Shown piece after piece: positions 61,817 through 64,000 of a stretch of 64,000 bases of DNA; position 1 is the stretch's first letter, and the number at the start of each line of letters is the position of its first letter. A program made the position numbers and the translations under genes. The notes beneath the pieces are model-generated. The model was not told the origin of the DNA. It did no database searches and saw only the letters and a program-made list of their open reading frames with translations. This stretch comes from Candidatus Hermodarchaeum yapensis (GTDB taxonomy: Archaea; Asgardarchaeota; Hermodarchaeia; Hermodarchaeales; Hermodarchaeaceae): positions 28,119-92,118 of the forward strand of contig JAEOSK010000008.1 in assembly GCA_016840405.1 (NCBI GenBank), read 5' to 3'.

Positions 61817-62485
61817 ATGATGGTTTTTTCTCAAATTTATCCCCGACTGGTTGCCTGGATATTAGACCTTCTCCATCGTCGCACCAAACGGGTGTTTATT
61901 GTTGAGCTCAACGGACTACAGGTTCAAATTTGTCCGCACGTTTTTAATCCATTGACAGGGCGAACAACGAGATTTTTCATCCAACATATGCAGATTCTTC
62001 CTTCATCACGTGTTTTAGAAATTGGAACCGGTACTGGCGCAATTGCAGCAGCGGCAGCTCAAGCAGGAGGTCACGTGACTGCTACAGATATCAATCCATA
62101 TGCTGTCCAATGTGCAAGAACAACAATGAGATTGAATAACCTTCAGAATCGTGTCTCCGTGTTGTCAGGCGACCTTTTTGAGCCAGTTCAAAACCAGACC
62201 TTTGACGTGATTTTATTCAATCCTCCCTACTTTGCCAGCAAAGCTTCAAGTTGGATTGCACAGGCTTGGTTTGCAGGGCCACAGTGTGAGTTAGTTGCCA
62301 GATTCCTCTCGGGAGCGCACCAGGTTCTTGCTAAAGGAGGGCAAATTCAGATCCTAATTAGTTCAGCTACTGTACTTCCTGCGATTTTGCAGATGATTCG
62401 AAAAGAAAGTTATGATATTCAGGTTGTTGCCCAATGTCGATTATTAGGACTGCTAGAAACAGTGTATTTATTCCAGCTTCTCTGA
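61817..62485 (+). CDS. HemK2/PrmC-like methyltransferase
   Basis: VLEIGTGTG, DINP.A, FNPPY. Confidence 0.9.
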   Translation: MMVFSQIYPRLVAWILDLLHRRTKRVFIVELNGLQVQICPHVFNPLTGRTTRFFIQHMQILPSSRVLEIGTGTGAIAAAAAQAGGHVTATDINPYAVQCARTTMRLNNLQNRVSVLSGDLFEPVQNQTFDVILFNPPYFASKASSWIAQAWFAGPQCELVARFLSGAHQVLAKGGQIQILISSATVLPAILQMIRKESYDIQVVAQCRLLGLLETVYLFQLL

Positions 62486-63502
62486 TTGACCCCTCAATTT
62501 TCTCAAGAACTTTCCCCAAGGTAGAAAGAAGAGTCCAATCAAAGCAATACCAATAATGAGGTAAAGTGTATCCATCAGCGGGTTACCTGCTCCACCGAAC
62601 ATTGCATACAATAAATCATAGAAGAAAAATGCGCCAATAGTAATTAGGAGCGCTAATGCCACCTTGCCTAAGAAACAATAGAGAATAGCTTTCCATAGTG
62701 GGTATTTGGTGGCTCCAAGAGTAATGAGGAGAAGATCGTCAGGGAGAGGCGTAGCGGCATAAATGAATATAAACAGACCTCCATAACCGCTTTCAATCTG
62801 TTTTCGCATTGACATCATTTTTTGTCCAGCAGTTGACTCTTCCAAGCTTTGAGTTTGGGTTCGTCCTAAGAGCCAGGCAGTGGTTTCACCAATAGCGGCC
62901 CCAGCTCCAACAACGAGTCCGAGAATTAGTCCATCAATGATGGCGAAATTTGTCCAATTAACGACGACGAGGAGGAGGACGAATAAATACGGAACAGGAA
63001 AGATAACTGTGAAATTGCCGAAGATGCTAATGAGAAATACACCAATATAGATTCCAAGAGGTCCGAAAACGAGTAAGGACCACTGAATAATGGCGTTCAT
63101 AATGTCAATAACAGACAAGCCGATGAGAATAGGAATAACCAGGAGAACTACGAAGAAGGTGACAAAAACCAGAAATCGGGCAGTACGTTTAACATCATCG
63201 CGTTGGATTTTAGCCTGCCAAACCTGACTGAGGGTTAAATCTTTCCCCCGGAAGATTTTACCGAGTCCCCAAATGAAAAGGACGAGTCCCGGAATTAGAT
63301 AACCTAACCCAGCGATGAGAAATGATTGAGTGAGATTGAGAGGAAAGAAGAGGGGAAGAAATGCAAGAGCCAACAGGATTATGCCAACAAGAATGAATGC
63401 CCCACTGCCGATTGTGAGGAAGAATTTTGCATCTCCAGCGCGCACTTCAATTGCTTGTACATCTTCTGTTTGGGTTTGTGACGCATTAGACACGAAAGCC
63501 AC
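62468..63502 (-). CDS. VTT/DedA (SNARE-associated) membrane protein
   Basis: FPVPY, GAAIGE..AW..GR, AATPLPDD, GK. Confidence 0.85.
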   Translation of the reverse strand: MAFVSNASQTQTEDVQAIEVRAGDAKFFLTIGSGAFILVGIILLALAFLPLFFPLNLTQSFLIAGLGYLIPGLVLFIWGLGKIFRGKDLTLSQVWQAKIQRDDVKRTARFLVFVTFFVVLLVIPILIGLSVIDIMNAIIQWSLLVFGPLGIYIGVFLISIFGNFTVIFPVPYLFVLLLVVVNWTNFAIIDGLILGLVVGAGAAIGETTAWLLGRTQTQSLEESTAGQKMMSMRKQIESGYGGLFIFIYAATPLPDDLLLITLGATKYPLWKAILYCFLGKVALALLITIGAFFFYDLLYAMFGGAGNPLMDTLYLIIGIALIGLFFLPWGKFLRKLRGQSEKLE

Positions 63503-63615
63503 TCTCAGTCAAAGACCGCCTCAAGCTTATTCCAGAGATGTTTTGACTGGATATCCCCTTGAACTGCGTAATTAAAAATTGGATGGTTAGGAAGCAAGAT
63601 TTCCGAGGGCCTTAA

Positions 63616-63846
63616 TTATCTCGTAATGAGGGTGGAGGTACGCTCTACATTTCGAAGGGCGCGAATTCGTTCAACAAGAACGTAGAGAGCTTCCATTGAC
63701 TCAGATTCAACTGATGCAATAATATCCCAGGAGCCAAGGGTCGTCCGAGCTTCTTTGACCTGTTTGAATTCTTTCAGACTTTCGAGAATATCAAATTCTC
63801 GTCCGGATTTGGCTAAGATGAGAACGTACGCAAGAACAACAGCCAC
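63616..63846 (-). CDS. Stand-alone Lrp/AsnC ligand-binding domain protein
   Basis: AYVLI...G, G.WDII, IR....V..T.TLI. Confidence 0.9.
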   Translation of the reverse strand: MAVVLAYVLILAKSGREFDILESLKEFKQVKEARTTLGSWDIIASVESESMEALYVLVERIRALRNVERTSTLITR

Positions 63847-63883
63847 TCCGAGTCACCGAGAGGGACGGACAACTTTTGAGCCT

Positions 63884-64000
63884 TTAAGTCTTTTTCTCCT
63901 TTCCAGAGTCAAGAGCGCGGAACGCCACCTTGTGATGTGTACGTGCTTCGGTATTTGAGGGAACATCTTCAGAGAGAATGGCACCTGGAAGTACAACCGA
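63884..64000 (-). CDS. 3' end of a gene extending beyond the window (possible left-handed beta-helix tail)
   Basis: Open frame SVVLPGAILSEDVPSNT...KKT*. Confidence 0.45.
   Translation of the reverse strand, partial: SVVLPGAILSEDVPSNTEARTHHKVAFRALDSGKEKKT

Overview
Archaeal chromosomal segment, most likely from an Asgard archaeon. This rests on a Rab-like small GTPase and an EMC6/RAB5IF-like protein alongside archaeal TBP, Lsm, class I CCA enzyme, HerA-NurA, NucS, Rqc2 and a GPN GTPase, with frequent GTG/TTG starts. Most of the window is housekeeping: IorAB, IleRS, UppS, P-type ATPase, Lon-like protease, CDC48 and UDG. Highlights: (1) a 154-aa protein (61226-61690) built like a minimal WAVE/WASH/VASP actin regulator, with a BRK1/CCDC53-like coiled coil, a Pro-rich linker, an LxxFLARRR helix and an acidic tail; (2) a two-intron tRNA-Ile(UAU) right after ileS, with an apparent A19-U56 compensatory pair; (3) three protein-less IS200/IS605-derived elements that keep TnpB omegaRNA-like scaffolds, two with an internal TATA box; (4) a group 4 [NiFe]-hydrogenase gene set split by a ~6.3 kb accessory island containing a LAGLIDADG-like protein, with alternating C/A versus G/T strand skew and an AT-richer patch shared by two convergent gene ends; (5) a catalase C-terminal half, a TFB-cyclin-like orphan and two unassigned structured intergenic segments. 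No CRISPR array or rRNA was seen. All family assignments come from motif recognition by eye, not database searches.
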